Source: a virus
Length of the DNA stretch: 64,000 nt
IMG/VR virus record: IMGVR_UViG_3300035698_010625
Location: 1-64,000 of that record
Direction: 5' to 3' (one strand)
Part shown: in pieces, positions 41,953-51,876 of the stretch
How the letters are laid out: the number at the start of each line of letters is the position of its first letter
How positions within the stretch are numbered: position 1 is the stretch's first letter
The notes under the pieces: generated by a model
The model's input: the letters and a program-made list of their open reading frames with translations, nothing else
Told to the model about the DNA's origin: nothing
The model's database searches: none
Made by a program: the position numbers and the translations under genes

Positions 41953-42321
41953 ATGAAATTATGGGATCACGTAAACGCAATTAATAGCGGTAAAGGTACT
42001 CTTGCCGATGATCTGTCAGAATACAAACCCTTTCTCATTAACCGTCAGTTATCGTATTTCAAAGATACAGTCTTCATAGCAGCAGAAATGAATTCTCATG
42101 CAAATCTCGATAAAGATATGCAACATGCTTTTCTTATAAATATTGTGAGGCCGAGGAAACGTTTTTCTAAATGGGCGAAAGCTCCGAAGGACGCTGATTT
42201 TTCTGCTGTTATGGAGTACTTTGGTTATGGACCCGTGAAAGCCAAGGAAGCTCTTAAAATCCTTACCGATGATGATCTACGCGATCTGAAAAAAGAATTA
42301 GAAAAAGGCGGTAAACAATGA
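41953..42321 (+). CDS. gp62: clamp loader small subunit (gp62-like)
   Basis: YKPFLINRQLSYF.D, RKRFSKW, YFGY. Confidence 0.92.
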   Translation: MKLWDHVNAINSGKGTLADDLSEYKPFLINRQLSYFKDTVFIAAEMNSHANLDKDMQHAFLINIVRPRKRFSKWAKAPKDADFSAVMEYFGYGPVKAKEALKILTDDDLRDLKKELEKGGKQ

Positions 42322-42719
42322 ACTTTGATATTAACGATTTAGTGGAGGTGTCTTTAAAAACTGACGATGATTTTCTGAAGATTAAAGAGACACTAACTAG
42401 AATTGGAATTGCTTCTAAGAAAGATAATGTACTATACCAATCGTGCCACATCCTACACAAACGTGGACGATACTTTATCATTCATTTTAAGGAATTATTT
42501 GCTTTAGACGGTAAGCCATTTAACATGACAGAGGATGACATTGGAAGGCGTAATACCATCTCTAGCCTTATCGCAGAGTGGGGTTTAGCTGCAATTGTAA
42601 ATCCGGAATCTATGGAGCAACCACGCGCTCCTATGGCGAAAATCAAAATCCTACCTTGGAAAGAAAAGGACGACTGGGACCTAGTAGCCAAGTACGATAT
42701 CGGTAAAAAGCGTACATAA
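42318..42719 (+). CDS. regA: translational repressor RegA
   Basis: DDFLKIKETLTRIGIAS, QSCHILHKRGRYFIIHFKELF. Confidence 0.96.
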   Translation: MNFDINDLVEVSLKTDDDFLKIKETLTRIGIASKKDNVLYQSCHILHKRGRYFIIHFKELFALDGKPFNMTEDDIGRRNTISSLIAEWGLAAIVNPESMEQPRAPMAKIKILPWKEKDDWDLVAKYDIGKKRT

Positions 42720-42723
42720 GAAA

Positions 42724-42740
42724 GGGGCCATGTCGGCCCC
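42724..42740. terminator. hairpin at convergence of regA and minus-strand genes
   Basis: GGGGCC-ATGTC-GGCCCC. Confidence 0.55.
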
Positions 42741-42772
42741 CGATCCCTCCATAAACGGTCAATCATGGCCGC

Positions 42773-43111
42773 TTAATTATTGATTTCCACCTGCACTTTA
42801 GTAGTTACCACCACAGGTTCTACTTTAAATGCACGATATTTTGGTGGCCCTCCTGAGCGTTTTTCCATTTCAGAAATCGCTAGAACAAAATCTTCTTTAT
42901 CTGTGTATGCAACATAATCTAGATTAGGCTCATTGCTAGCAGGATAACCATGCCCTAGATTACTCCTCGAGCGCTCATCACCGGGAACATATCTAGTAGT
43001 GAAGTGCATGATTCCCCAATGTGGACCTTTAGGACAATCCCTTTCTCGGCGAACATAAAACGTATTACTATTTTTCATGATGCTAATTTTCCATTGTAAA
43101 CGTGTTTCCAA
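42773..43111 (-). CDS. hypothetical protein
   Basis: Part of tightly packed minus-strand run. Confidence 0.55.
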   Translation of the reverse strand: METRLQWKISIMKNSNTFYVRRERDCPKGPHWGIMHFTTRYVPGDERSRSNLGHGYPASNEPNLDYVAYTDKEDFVLAISEMEKRSGGPPKYRAFKVEPVVVTTKVQVEINN

Positions 43112-43461
43112 ATATCGTCTTCATTAAATGAGCTTCTAAATCCAGCGCGTACTAAATCAAAACTCTCCATATGATGATCATGTGCTAACACAGCAACTGC
43201 CGTGTGCATACCTTCCATACTATCTTCATCTTCATAAAAATCAGCGTATTGTTCTCCACTGTTAAATAGAAGATTTGTTAGATAAATCATTCGGGCACTA
43301 TTACCACCTTCCAAAATAATGAGGGTTTTGTGATCTTCACACCACTGATTTACATATTCATTATTTTGATGAACCAATTCTGCTACTGCATGAGCGCTCT
43401 GGATGCCTTTCTGCAAAGGACTCAACCACGTATGGGCAAACACATATACTCTCATTACCAT
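43075..43461 (-). CDS. peptidyl-tRNA hydrolase type II (Pth2)-like protein
   Basis: LSPLQKGIQSAHAV, W...HKTLIIL, F.E....TAVA pattern. Confidence 0.6.
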   Translation of the reverse strand: MVMRVYVFAHTWLSPLQKGIQSAHAVAELVHQNNEYVNQWCEDHKTLIILEGGNSARMIYLTNLLFNSGEQYADFYEDEDSMEGMHTAVAVLAHDHHMESFDLVRAGFRSSFNEDDIWKHVYNGKLAS

Positions 43462-43862
43462 TCTCCCCCAAATTCATTATTTGGATCAGTATCAATTCTG
43501 ATATCACCAAAGTAAATAGTACTCTCATCCATTCCAACTTCAAATGGCTCTTTAAAAGTAATTACAGCACCAGATCCTCTTTCGACGAGTTTAGCAAGAT
43601 CAACACCATTAATGTCCCCAACAGTGAAATCGTCGAAGTGGATGCAACCGATAGTACCGGAATCCACAGAGTACTTCCGGCCGAAATCATCTTCGAAACG
43701 TCCATCCCCATAAGTTGTATTGAAAGCAGCCATGTGCGCATTGTTTCTCTCCTTTACTTTAAAGTCATTATTTTCAATTACATATTCACACATATAATCC
43801 CAATCATTATCATCAATCACGTAGCAAAGATCACCTACGTAATATCGTCCAGGTTTCATCAT
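43455..43862 (-). CDS. conserved phage hypothetical protein
   Basis: YYVGDLCYV, T.YGDG, VDSGTIG. Confidence 0.65.
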   Translation of the reverse strand: MMKPGRYYVGDLCYVIDDNDWDYMCEYVIENNDFKVKERNNAHMAAFNTTYGDGRFEDDFGRKYSVDSGTIGCIHFDDFTVGDINGVDLAKLVERGSGAVITFKEPFEVGMDESTIYFGDIRIDTDPNNEFGGEW

Positions 43863-44185
43863 TATTCAAATTCTCTCTTAAGTTCTTCAAATTCCCGTAG
43901 TCGCGCTGCTTTAGCAACAACCTCCCGCTCAGTAATTCGGTCATGTTTACGATTAGAAACCCTTACAATAACATCTGTCATAGCTTCACTGGATTGTTCA
44001 ATAATTTCAAATGTTATTAGTTTACAATCTTTATAAACATTCTCCGCAGCATATGTACCCATCATTACAATATGATTAGATATATGTCCCAATGCAGCCC
44101 AAGTTTTTCCTCTTGGATTGAATTTAGGGTGACTTGTTCCAGTAGAAAAGTTACCATTCTTATCGCGTATTTTAAAGACTAACAT
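43862..44185 (-). CDS. hypothetical protein
   Basis: Coupled ORF. Confidence 0.6.
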   Translation of the reverse strand: MLVFKIRDKNGNFSTGTSHPKFNPRGKTWAALGHISNHIVMMGTYAAENVYKDCKLITFEIIEQSSEAMTDVIVRVSNRKHDRITEREVVAKAARLREFEELKREFE

Positions 44186-44741
44186 CTTTGATTGTTATCT
44201 CCCCTTTCCATGGCTGAATGAAATCTACCCAAGACTCGTGATCCAAAGTAATAGGATATTTTCTACGCAGTGAAACTAGCTTTGAATAGGACGGTGTATA
44301 TGGTTTGTGCCGTGGCTTTTTGTTTTTCGCATCTGTGTCACCATAATTATGATTACAAGGACCACACGACGCGAGATAATTGTTCCAACCATCTCGCCCT
44401 CCTTTTGCTTTCGGAATGTAATGATCATAAGTAAGTGTATCAATTGAAAGCGGACAACTGCAGTATACACACTTGTAGTTGTCTCTCAGAAGGATATATT
44501 GCTTATTGTAAGGAACTGTCTCAGGTCTCTTAAAGTATTTAGTTCGCGCCATCACTGACGGTACAGGGATATGGTGTTTCCCACCTGCAGTACTAAAGAC
44601 ACGATCATATGTCGCAACAGTAAAGCACGTCCCATTAAGTACGCGTACAATAGCTTGTTCTACCTGATTAGCACGCATAGTCAGTGCATTCACTGGCATC
44701 ATGTCAGCATTTAATACAAGTGTCTTTAGTCCAATACTCAT
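44172..44741 (-). CDS. HNH endonuclease (McrA-like)
   Basis: RD..CVYC, LTYDH.IP..GG...W.N....C..CN. Confidence 0.85.
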   Translation of the reverse strand: MSIGLKTLVLNADMMPVNALTMRANQVEQAIVRVLNGTCFTVATYDRVFSTAGGKHHIPVPSVMARTKYFKRPETVPYNKQYILLRDNYKCVYCSCPLSIDTLTYDHYIPKAKGGRDGWNNYLASCGPCNHNYGDTDAKNKKPRHKPYTPSYSKLVSLRRKYPITLDHESWVDFIQPWKGEITIKDVSL

Positions 44742-44875
44742 TTACTTTCTTCTCTTAACTTGAAACGTAATTCTCCAGTAAAGTTTAACTTTACACCAAA
44801 ACTCTTGGGGAATGCCAGCAGCGCAAAATAGCATCACTAGCATCGCTGCTACAGATATATATGCTACCCACTCCA

Positions 44876-45259
44876 TTAGAGAGCTTCCCAAGCTGCATTA
44901 CCAGTACAACGTGGCTTTCCATCTGAACCTAGTAGAGGTGTTAGAAAATCACTAACGCGAATGTACGTACACCCAGTTTCTAGATCTTTGTACAATCTGA
45001 AATTATCTGCTGGTTTATCTACTCGTGGAAATCTATCAACGCTACTAGTAGTTTTTGTTGTTTCTCCTCTTGCTTCTGCCATCGCTTCTTGTTTTCCTTC
45101 AACAATTGCTATTACAGAGAGCATAAGGAACACAATCAGAGAACAGAAAGAGAGAGTCCAAGCTTCATCTCCAATCTTGCTTCGCACAAAATAAGAATGC
45201 ATTATATAGCATACTGTACAAAGAAAAATAAGTGCTGATAGAAATATAAAAAAGTCCAT
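44876..45259 (-). CDS. membrane protein with C-terminal D.ETGC.Y...LTPL..DGKP domain
   Basis: Two TM helices plus small Cys-containing domain. Confidence 0.6.
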   Translation of the reverse strand: MDFFIFLSALIFLCTVCYIMHSYFVRSKIGDEAWTLSFCSLIVFLMLSVIAIVEGKQEAMAEARGETTKTTSSVDRFPRVDKPADNFRLYKDLETGCTYIRVSDFLTPLLGSDGKPRCTGNAAWEAL

Positions 45260-45261
45260 AA

Positions 45262-46020
45262 TTAAATCTCCAGTAGAAGTTCGGGATTATGGTCAGTTTC
45301 TTCTGCCCATGTTGATGTTACATATCCAAAAGCATTACAAACGACGCGCGTATCACCAATGGTATAGTTACTAGGAGAATGAATGTGCCCGTGGAACCAA
45401 TACTTCGCTCGGGAAATTCGGACTACTTCATCAAGATTAGATGCAAAGTAACAATTTGATGTTTCTCCTGCATACTTAGCACCAATTGATCGTTCACTTG
45501 GAGCATGATGTGTAACAATCACTCGAGGAAGGTCTGTCTCCTTTTCCATCTCAGACAGTAACCAAGCAAGGTCCCGTTTGTGACGGTCAAGAATCTCCCA
45601 CCCTGTAGTTTTACTATGTTTTGCATCATTAAGAACTCGGTGATACATTTTCTCCATGAATATACCGTCACCGTAAAGATTAAAGTCAGTCCATAGCGTG
45701 CAGCCAATGAACTGAACTCCTTCAACAGTAACTACATCACGATTCAAAAAGTAAACGTCATCATAAAACTCAGCTGCTTCTTTCATTGCAAAGTAGTTAG
45801 GTGCTAACCCCGCTTTGTTGTAATGTTCATGGTTCCCAGCAACCAAGATAACTGGCACCCCTCCAGATCGTGCTCCAATTTGCGCTCCAACATCTACCAT
45901 CGTTGGGTTATCAAAGAGATCCCCTGCAATGACAATGATGTCAGTACCTTCTGGTGCTTTATACTCAGCACCAGGTGTAAATTCATGGTGAAGGTCACTC
46001 ACTAAATGTATATTTGTCAT
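45262..46020 (-). CDS. calcineurin-like metallophosphoesterase
   Basis: SDLH, AGD, GNHE, THHAP, HGHIH. Confidence 0.9.
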   Translation of the reverse strand: MTNIHLVSDLHHEFTPGAEYKAPEGTDIIVIAGDLFDNPTMVDVGAQIGARSGGVPVILVAGNHEHYNKAGLAPNYFAMKEAAEFYDDVYFLNRDVVTVEGVQFIGCTLWTDFNLYGDGIFMEKMYHRVLNDAKHSKTTGWEILDRHKRDLAWLLSEMEKETDLPRVIVTHHAPSERSIGAKYAGETSNCYFASNLDEVVRISRAKYWFHGHIHSPSNYTIGDTRVVCNAFGYVTSTWAEETDHNPELLLEI

Positions 46021-46023
46021 AAG

Positions 46024-46227
46024 TTAAGGTCTCGTTAATCCAAGGATCGAATCAACATAGAGCTTCCATGCTGGTTCGTTTAAAGGTTCTGGCTGTCGCA
46101 CTCCCATTTTTCGAAGCGCATCGGGATTGCGTACTTCCATGAATTCATGTCTTATAAACCCATCTGCGTTTTTGAAATAAGAGTAAATAAAACCGCGATA
46201 TGAATATGTAAGAACGTGAATTTTCAT
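46024..46227 (-). CDS. hypothetical protein
   Basis: In minus-strand run. Confidence 0.45.
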   Translation of the reverse strand: MKIHVLTYSYRGFIYSYFKNADGFIRHEFMEVRNPDALRKMGVRQPEPLNEPAWKLYVDSILGLTRP

Positions 46228-46604
46228 GAAATATCAAATCTCCTTTGGATTGCAGTATCCATAATATATATTGCGGTTATGTTATCAGCATCCAAAGATA
46301 TCGCACCTAGCGCTGCTTCAAGAAATAGTTTTTCACTCCCAACAATGCGGTGTTCGCCACCTTCAACCACAATATTAATCGTATACTGTTTATGCATCAG
46401 TCAGGCGTCCAGATCCAGCCGCCGCGTTTCTCCGGTTCGATGCTCCCATGTATTGCTTCAAGGTCAGCGATTTTTCTGCCCAGTCTTCAGCATTTTCCAA
46501 CGTACCACATATAAAAGCATGGTGTTGGATAGAAGTAAATCCAACGTGCCCACAAGGTGAAATTTTCAAATATTTCATACTTTCAATTTCGTAAATGATA
46601 AACA

Positions 46605-46982
46605 TCAAACCAAATCTCCATGTTTTTCAATGAGATAAGCAAGTCGCTCACGTAAAGCTTTTATTTCTTCAAGTGCTTCATATCGAGCTCGCGTTCTTTT
46701 ATTCGTTGCGATCGCTTGAACAACCTTGGGATAATCACGAATCATTAAACTACGTTTGGGTACGAATGCATCACCAACCCACATTACAACAAATCCACCA
46801 TCCAATTCAAGAGCGAGTGAATGATAGTTGTTGCGAATGATAATGTCAGCAACCCGTCCAGCATCGAGAATTGAGTTATAACGCTCGGCTTCCCACATTG
46901 AACCCGTAAGTGACATTGTTTTGTCATCGTCTAATTTGAAATAACGCAAGCTAGTAGCTTCTTTGATAACGTAATAAGCCAT
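46605..46982 (-). CDS. hypothetical protein
   Basis: RBS-like GGAGA before MAYYVIKE. Confidence 0.55.
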   Translation of the reverse strand: MAYYVIKEATSLRYFKLDDDKTMSLTGSMWEAERYNSILDAGRVADIIIRNNYHSLALELDGGFVVMWVGDAFVPKRSLMIRDYPKVVQAIATNKRTRARYEALEEIKALRERLAYLIEKHGDLV

Positions 46983-47031
46983 AAAAATTCTCCAATGCTG
47001 GGTGAGACAGCGCCCCACCCAGTAAGGTTAA

Positions 47032-47280
47032 TTAGAAGAGAGGGCATTCCAGTGCAACCGCCCGGACAACGCCTTGCCAGCTGTGTTTGGAGACGAGTGC
47101 AGAGACTGCTTCATCTGCTGCTTTGTCATCCCCGTAAAGCCAGAGTCGATTAGCGTCAAGACAAGCTTCGACCGCTTCATGATTATCGCTGATACCCTCC
47201 ATGCAGTCGGGGCCGATGCAGTTCCAAGTAGTGTACACTGCAGTTTTGATAGCGTCAGAGATTTCAATGTCCATGTTCAC
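47032..47280 (-). CDS. hypothetical early protein (GC-rich)
   Basis: Coupled to upstream ORF; GC-rich codons. Confidence 0.55.
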   Translation of the reverse strand: MNMDIEISDAIKTAVYTTWNCIGPDCMEGISDNHEAVEACLDANRLWLYGDDKAADEAVSALVSKHSWQGVVRAVALECPLF

Positions 47281-47474
47281 CAGCCCAGTTGTTTTTCGAG
47301 AAGTTCAATCCGCGCAGCAGCTACGGTGGCGCGTTCATTGAGGTCGAACGCTTTCTTTTCATCGCCAGCAGTGATAGCGTCATCACGGTCCAAGATGAGA
47401 ATGTCGTACCCAGCGTTTTCACTGAGAAGTTGGAGGCCGTTGCGGACGTCGCGCATCAATTGAGTGTCTGGCAT
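47277..47474 (-). CDS. hypothetical early protein (GC-rich)
   Basis: MPDTQLMR start after AAGAAGG. Confidence 0.5.
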   Translation of the reverse strand: MPDTQLMRDVRNGLQLLSENAGYDILILDRDDAITAGDEKKAFDLNERATVAAARIELLEKQLGW

Positions 47475-47822
47475 GTTATTAAACCTTCTTGGATTTGTAG
47501 ATGAAAGGCAGTTCGCGTTTTGGGGTGATGCGACAGTTGTGCACTTTCCATTTTCCAGAGCGACAAGCTTCGATGCGGCGTTTGCGCGAGATTTTCTTCG
47601 CTGGGAGGATTTCAATGACTCCGCCTGCAGCGTAGAAGTGAGCCATTTCGCGTTCAGTAGCGTTCATAAGAGTAACCAAGTCAGAGGGAGAGAGCGCCCC
47701 GAGTGTAATTTTTCTCGGCCCAAGCTTTCATTTTAGTGACCACTTGGTCCTGGCGCCGTGTCATCGTGTAAGGCGCAGATGGCATGTGGTTGGCCGTTTT
47801 TGCTGTTGGAGTTGATAAGTCC

Positions 47823-48329
47823 ATTCTATATGGTTGAGCCAAATGTTACACATATAAAACCTTAATAAAATCAGCCACTTACGGGCCGGTTGCGCTAAGT
47901 GATTGATTCTATTAGGAAATCATTTGAACTTGTCGTTCGTTCACGCCTATATAAAGGACTAAAAAATATAGTGTAGAATCAGGCACTTAGAGCACATCAC
48001 TCTAGAGGAAATATAGTGTAAAGACAGGCACTTAGAGACCAAAAGGGCACTAGAGTTAGGTAACCAAGGTTGACACCTTAATGACCGTCTCAGAAATGAC
48101 ACTAGAGTGAATCCACGAAAAACGTAACGAAATCAGGCACTTAGAGCCGAATTTCGTGGTTATTTTCTTACCACAAATGGTCATTTTATGTGCAATTGTA
48201 TCAAAATCAATCACTTACGTCACACTCTGGCTTTTTAGTGTAGAATCAATCACTTAGATCATCAGGCTGCTAAGTGCCTGATTTCGTTAACAATTTAGGT
48301 ATGTTTTTTATTACCACACTGTATATAAT
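47823..48329. repeat. divergent-promoter region with 8 copies of a 13-bp AATCA(G/A)(G/T/C)CACTTA-type motif (candidate origin/early control region)
   Basis: Copies at 47869(+), 47896(-), 47977, 48022 (variant), 48131, 48205, 48244(+), 48271(-); -10 boxes at 47823-28 (-) and 48324-29 (+); coding strand switches here. Confidence 0.75.
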
Positions 48330-48402
48330 GGTCCTTGTCAACACAACAACCTAAACCACGCACTGCACTGACACGCACTGCACTCGACACTAGGAGATAC
48401 GA

Positions 48403-49374
48403 ATGGCACGCCGCTTTCGTATGACTGCAAAACGAAAAGCCCGCCTCGATTTTTTGGGCCTTTCGCTTGATGACCTCGACACTGACGTTCAAGGGATTCG
48501 CGTAACACGCGACGCCATCGACGCCATGGAAGAACTGATGGACGCCGCTGAGTCTGACATGCATCGCCAGCGCTTTTCAGCTGCGACGCTCGCTGAAGAC
48601 ACGCAGGAAACTGACGACGAAATCTTGGAGCGCTTGAACGACCGCTTCGAAATTTTGCAGGAACTGACTTCACTGGCCATCAAGGGTACCGCCAAGGGAC
48701 TCATCGTCTCTGGCCCACCCGGCCTTGGAAAATCGCACACCATCATGGAGATGGTTGCTGCTCTCGAACTCGAAGGCAAAGCTGAAGTCATCTCTGGGAA
48801 AGTCAAGACCACCGGCTTGTACAAAGTTCTGCACCGCCACCGCAAGCCCGGCCACGTGGTTGTCTTTGACGACTGCGACTCCATCTTCAGCGATGAAGAT
48901 TCGCTCAACATGCTGAAGAAGGTTTGCGACTCCACCAAGACGCGCCGCTTGTCATATCTTTCTGAATACCAGATTGTCGACGAGACCACACTCGAAGTCT
49001 GCCCTAACACTTTCGACTTCGAAGGCGCCGTGATTTTCATCACCAACTACAACTTCGATGATATGATCGAACGCGCCCATCGCCTTTCGCCACATCTCGA
49101 AGCCATGGTTTCACGCTCGCACTACATCGACTTGGCGATGCGCACCAAGCGCGACTACATGCTCCGCATCAAGCATGTAGTCGCGCATGGGATGCTACGC
49201 GACAACGGCCTCAACGCTGAACAAGAAGCAGATGTCATGGATTTCATCGCTGAAAACACCGACAATCTCCGTGAGCTTTCACTCCGCATCGCCCTCAAAA
49301 TTGGCGCCCTGCGGCTGACAAATGGAAATTGGCAGAAAACGGCCCGGGTCACCTGCTGCAGAAACCTAGCATAA
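48403..49374 (+). CDS. AAA+ family P-loop ATPase, early gene
   Basis: GPPGLGKS Walker A, VVVFDDCD Walker B, IFITN; RBS AGGAG; GC-rich. Confidence 0.8.
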   Translation: MARRFRMTAKRKARLDFLGLSLDDLDTDVQGIRVTRDAIDAMEELMDAAESDMHRQRFSAATLAEDTQETDDEILERLNDRFEILQELTSLAIKGTAKGLIVSGPPGLGKSHTIMEMVAALELEGKAEVISGKVKTTGLYKVLHRHRKPGHVVVFDDCDSIFSDEDSLNMLKKVCDSTKTRRLSYLSEYQIVDETTLEVCPNTFDFEGAVIFITNYNFDDMIERAHRLSPHLEAMVSRSHYIDLAMRTKRDYMLRIKHVVAHGMLRDNGLNAEQEADVMDFIAENTDNLRELSLRIALKIGALRLTNGNWQKTARVTCCRNLA

Positions 49375-50142
49375 TCACTGAGGGCGTGGTTGCACCGGGT
49401 CACTCTGGTCCGGTTGCACCACACTCTACAAAGGCTGAACTACAATGCACCCAACACTGACTGAAAATCTCAACCGCGGTTGCACCATCGCTTTTCGCAT
49501 TGCAATCGCCATCACTCTCATCAAAATTATGGGAGTCGAGTGGAGTATCGATAGCGCCTTGGTTACTTTCGCCGCCGTCTTCGCTTCAGGGTTAAATGTC
49601 ACTTGGATAGAAGAGGTGTAACCCATGGAATGGTTTGGATTTTGGATTTTTCTCACTGCACTCGTTTCAGCTGAATATATAGATAGAATGTACAGCAATT
49701 ATTGTAAGAAGCGAATTGCTGAAGTTAAACTTTTACTCACAACAAAGGCACAAGATAATGAATGAACAGACCAAGCGTAAGACCGGTAAGCGTCGTTCTG
49801 CACTACGCAAAGCGGTTGCTGATCCCAACGGTATGTTCACTACGCGTAAGCATGCTGACCGCTCCAAATATGAGCGTAAAGCACGCTACAAAAATGATGG
49901 CTACCACAACGACGAGAGTTAAACAATGGACATCACAGTATACCGTTGGTGCGCTTCGAATGAAAGTGGCTGGTCGACTACTATTTACGGGTCAACACAA
50001 AAACGGTATACTGTGAGATGGGAGAACACCCCACCCCTGCCCTCGATGTAATGAAGCTCTCAAACCCGTAGCAGTTTCCGTTTAACTTTAAGTGAGGTTG
50101 CACAGATGCCTTCAACAGATACATACATGAAAAAAACTCCGC

Positions 50143-50472
50143 GTGTCCGTTAATGACATGCTTGTAGTTATCCCAGAAAATATCAACAGTATGAAGTTTG
50201 ATGTTGATATAAATGGCAATCAATTGTCACTGAGCGCTAGTGACATTATTGAAGCAGTAGTTGAATCGGCAGTTAATCTCCGTGCAGGTGCTGAACTTGG
50301 TGGTGACAATACAGATGGTGGGTGTCGCAAAGCTATCACTGCGCTGAACTTGTGGTTGATTGGACTCATGGGAGAAATGCCAATGCAATTTTCAGCAAAT
50401 GTTTATGCAATGCGCCACCATCATCCTGAGTATAAAGAGTATTTGAGATTGAAGAAACTTTTTGAGAAATAA
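50143..50472 (+). CDS. hypothetical protein
   Basis: C-terminal EYKEYLRLKKLFE, a common phage small-protein tail. Confidence 0.5.
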   Translation: MSVNDMLVVIPENINSMKFDVDINGNQLSLSASDIIEAVVESAVNLRAGAELGGDNTDGGCRKAITALNLWLIGLMGEMPMQFSANVYAMRHHHPEYKEYLRLKKLFEK

Positions 50473-50876
50473 TCTCTAAAACATCTCCGGTGTGTATATA
50501 TAATAGTACAAAAGGAACGGTACATCTGTTCCTATTAACCTTTGCTTTAAAAGTTAATCATGTGTTATCCACCTTGCATCTAAGGTATAATTGATACATC
50601 GATTGGAACAAAATGGCTTGCGCCATTACACTGATTAACTTTTACTTTAAGTGTTAACTGTATGTTTTCTGATCGGTAGCTGATATACAATAGCTACTTG
50701 ATTGGAGGAAAGGAAACGGTAATTACTGCTTCTGATTACTTCAATATCGAATTTAAGTGTAATGCGAAACGAGCTCGCCGGGACACTCTAAAATCCTAAA
50801 AGGGGCGGAACCGAGGATGGCGTATTTTTACAATACTCAAAAATCCGGATTTCAACAATAATAAGTTTTCATTGGT

Positions 50877-50951
50877 GTGGCCGTGGCCGAATGGTTTAGG
50901 TGCCTGACTGTGAATCAGATTATATGGGTTCAATTCCCATCGGTCACCCCA
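50877..50951 (+). tRNA. tRNA-His(GUG)
   Basis: Cloverleaf, CT-GTG-AA loop, C73, CCA. Confidence 0.9.
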
Positions 50952-50966
50952 ATGAAAATTTACAAT

Positions 50967-51043
50967 GCCCTTCTAGCTAAACTGGACAAGGCCCTCGGCT
51001 ACGAACTGAGAGATTGAAGGTTCGAATCCTTCGGAGGGTACCA
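50967..51043 (+). tRNA. tRNA-Arg(ACG)
   Basis: Cloverleaf, CCA. Confidence 0.9.
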
Positions 51044-51223
51044 TATTAAGGAGTTTGTTATGAGTAAATGGGATTACCCCAAGACTAAGAAGAATTCTGA
51101 TGGAGCAAAACTGACTGCTGCTGAATTACGCGCACAAAGAAAAGCTCATCGGAAAGCAATTAAAGCTACTGCTCATACTGAACTCAAGACGAAGAAAAAT
51201 AAAGATCAAATTAAGTAACAATT

Positions 51224-51300
51224 GGGTGCTTCGTATAACGGCACATTATGTCGGACTCTTAATCCGAACGATCTGGGTTCGAATCCCAGGGTACCCACCA
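51224..51300 (+). tRNA. tRNA-Lys(CUU)
   Basis: Cloverleaf, CCA. Confidence 0.9.
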
Positions 51301-51315
51301 AACAAAGGTATTATT

Positions 51316-51588
51316 ATGGAATTCACTGCTGAACTTGCTAAACAAATAGTTGAAGAAGATCATGATGATTGGGAACAAGTTAATGAAGAATCTTCTAATT
51401 CTTCCCGATGGCATACTCATTACAGTGGTGTTTATAAAAATACATTAACTGGAAAATACTATGAATTTATTTGGCAGCGTGGTTCTACTGAATATCAAGA
51501 TGAAGGTACAGAATTTTACACTGACCCAATAGAAGCTGTAGAAGTTATTGAAAAATCAGTAACTGTAATGCGCTGGGTTGCTGTTTAG
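51316..51588 (+). CDS. hypothetical protein
   Basis: SRW..HY..V.K, W.RGSTEYQD phage motif. Confidence 0.65.
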   Translation: MEFTAELAKQIVEEDHDDWEQVNEESSNSSRWHTHYSGVYKNTLTGKYYEFIWQRGSTEYQDEGTEFYTDPIEAVEVIEKSVTVMRWVAV

Positions 51589-51683
51589 TTTGTACGCGGA
51601 CGGTACTGCTTGGCAGTCCACTTGAATATCTTGTGGGTCACTGCACAGTCCGGGTTGAAGAACCTTAAACTTAACTAACAATT

Positions 51684-51759
51684 GCCGGTGAAGCAATCAG
51701 GGTATTGCAACTCGTTGTCTGCGAGAGATAGGAGGGTTCGAGTCCCTTCATCGGCGCCA
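51684..51759 (+). tRNA. tRNA-Asp(GUC)
   Basis: Cloverleaf, TT-GTC-TG loop, GCCA. Confidence 0.8.
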
Positions 51760-51765
51760 ATTTTT

Positions 51766-51841
51766 GGGGGATTAGCTCATCTGGGAGAGCGTCTGTTTTG
51801 CAAGCAGAAGGTGATCGGTTCGAGTCCGATATCTTCCACCA
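51766..51841 (+). tRNA. tRNA-Ala(UGC)
   Basis: G3:U70, CCA. Confidence 0.93.
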
Positions 51842-51876
51842 TTTTACTAGAAAGATTCATATACTTTCTAGACATT

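Noticed and set aside
1544-42766. Numerous short antisense or alternate-frame ORFs within core genes
   Set aside because: Shadow ORFs of well-supported T4-like genes
44172-44741. HNH gene as a mobile homing element
   Set aside because: Free-standing McrA-like type within an operon of small genes; no interrupted host gene
47869-48283. Repeats as a CRISPR array
   Set aside because: Only 13-bp degenerate motifs in both orientations with irregular spacing; no cas genes
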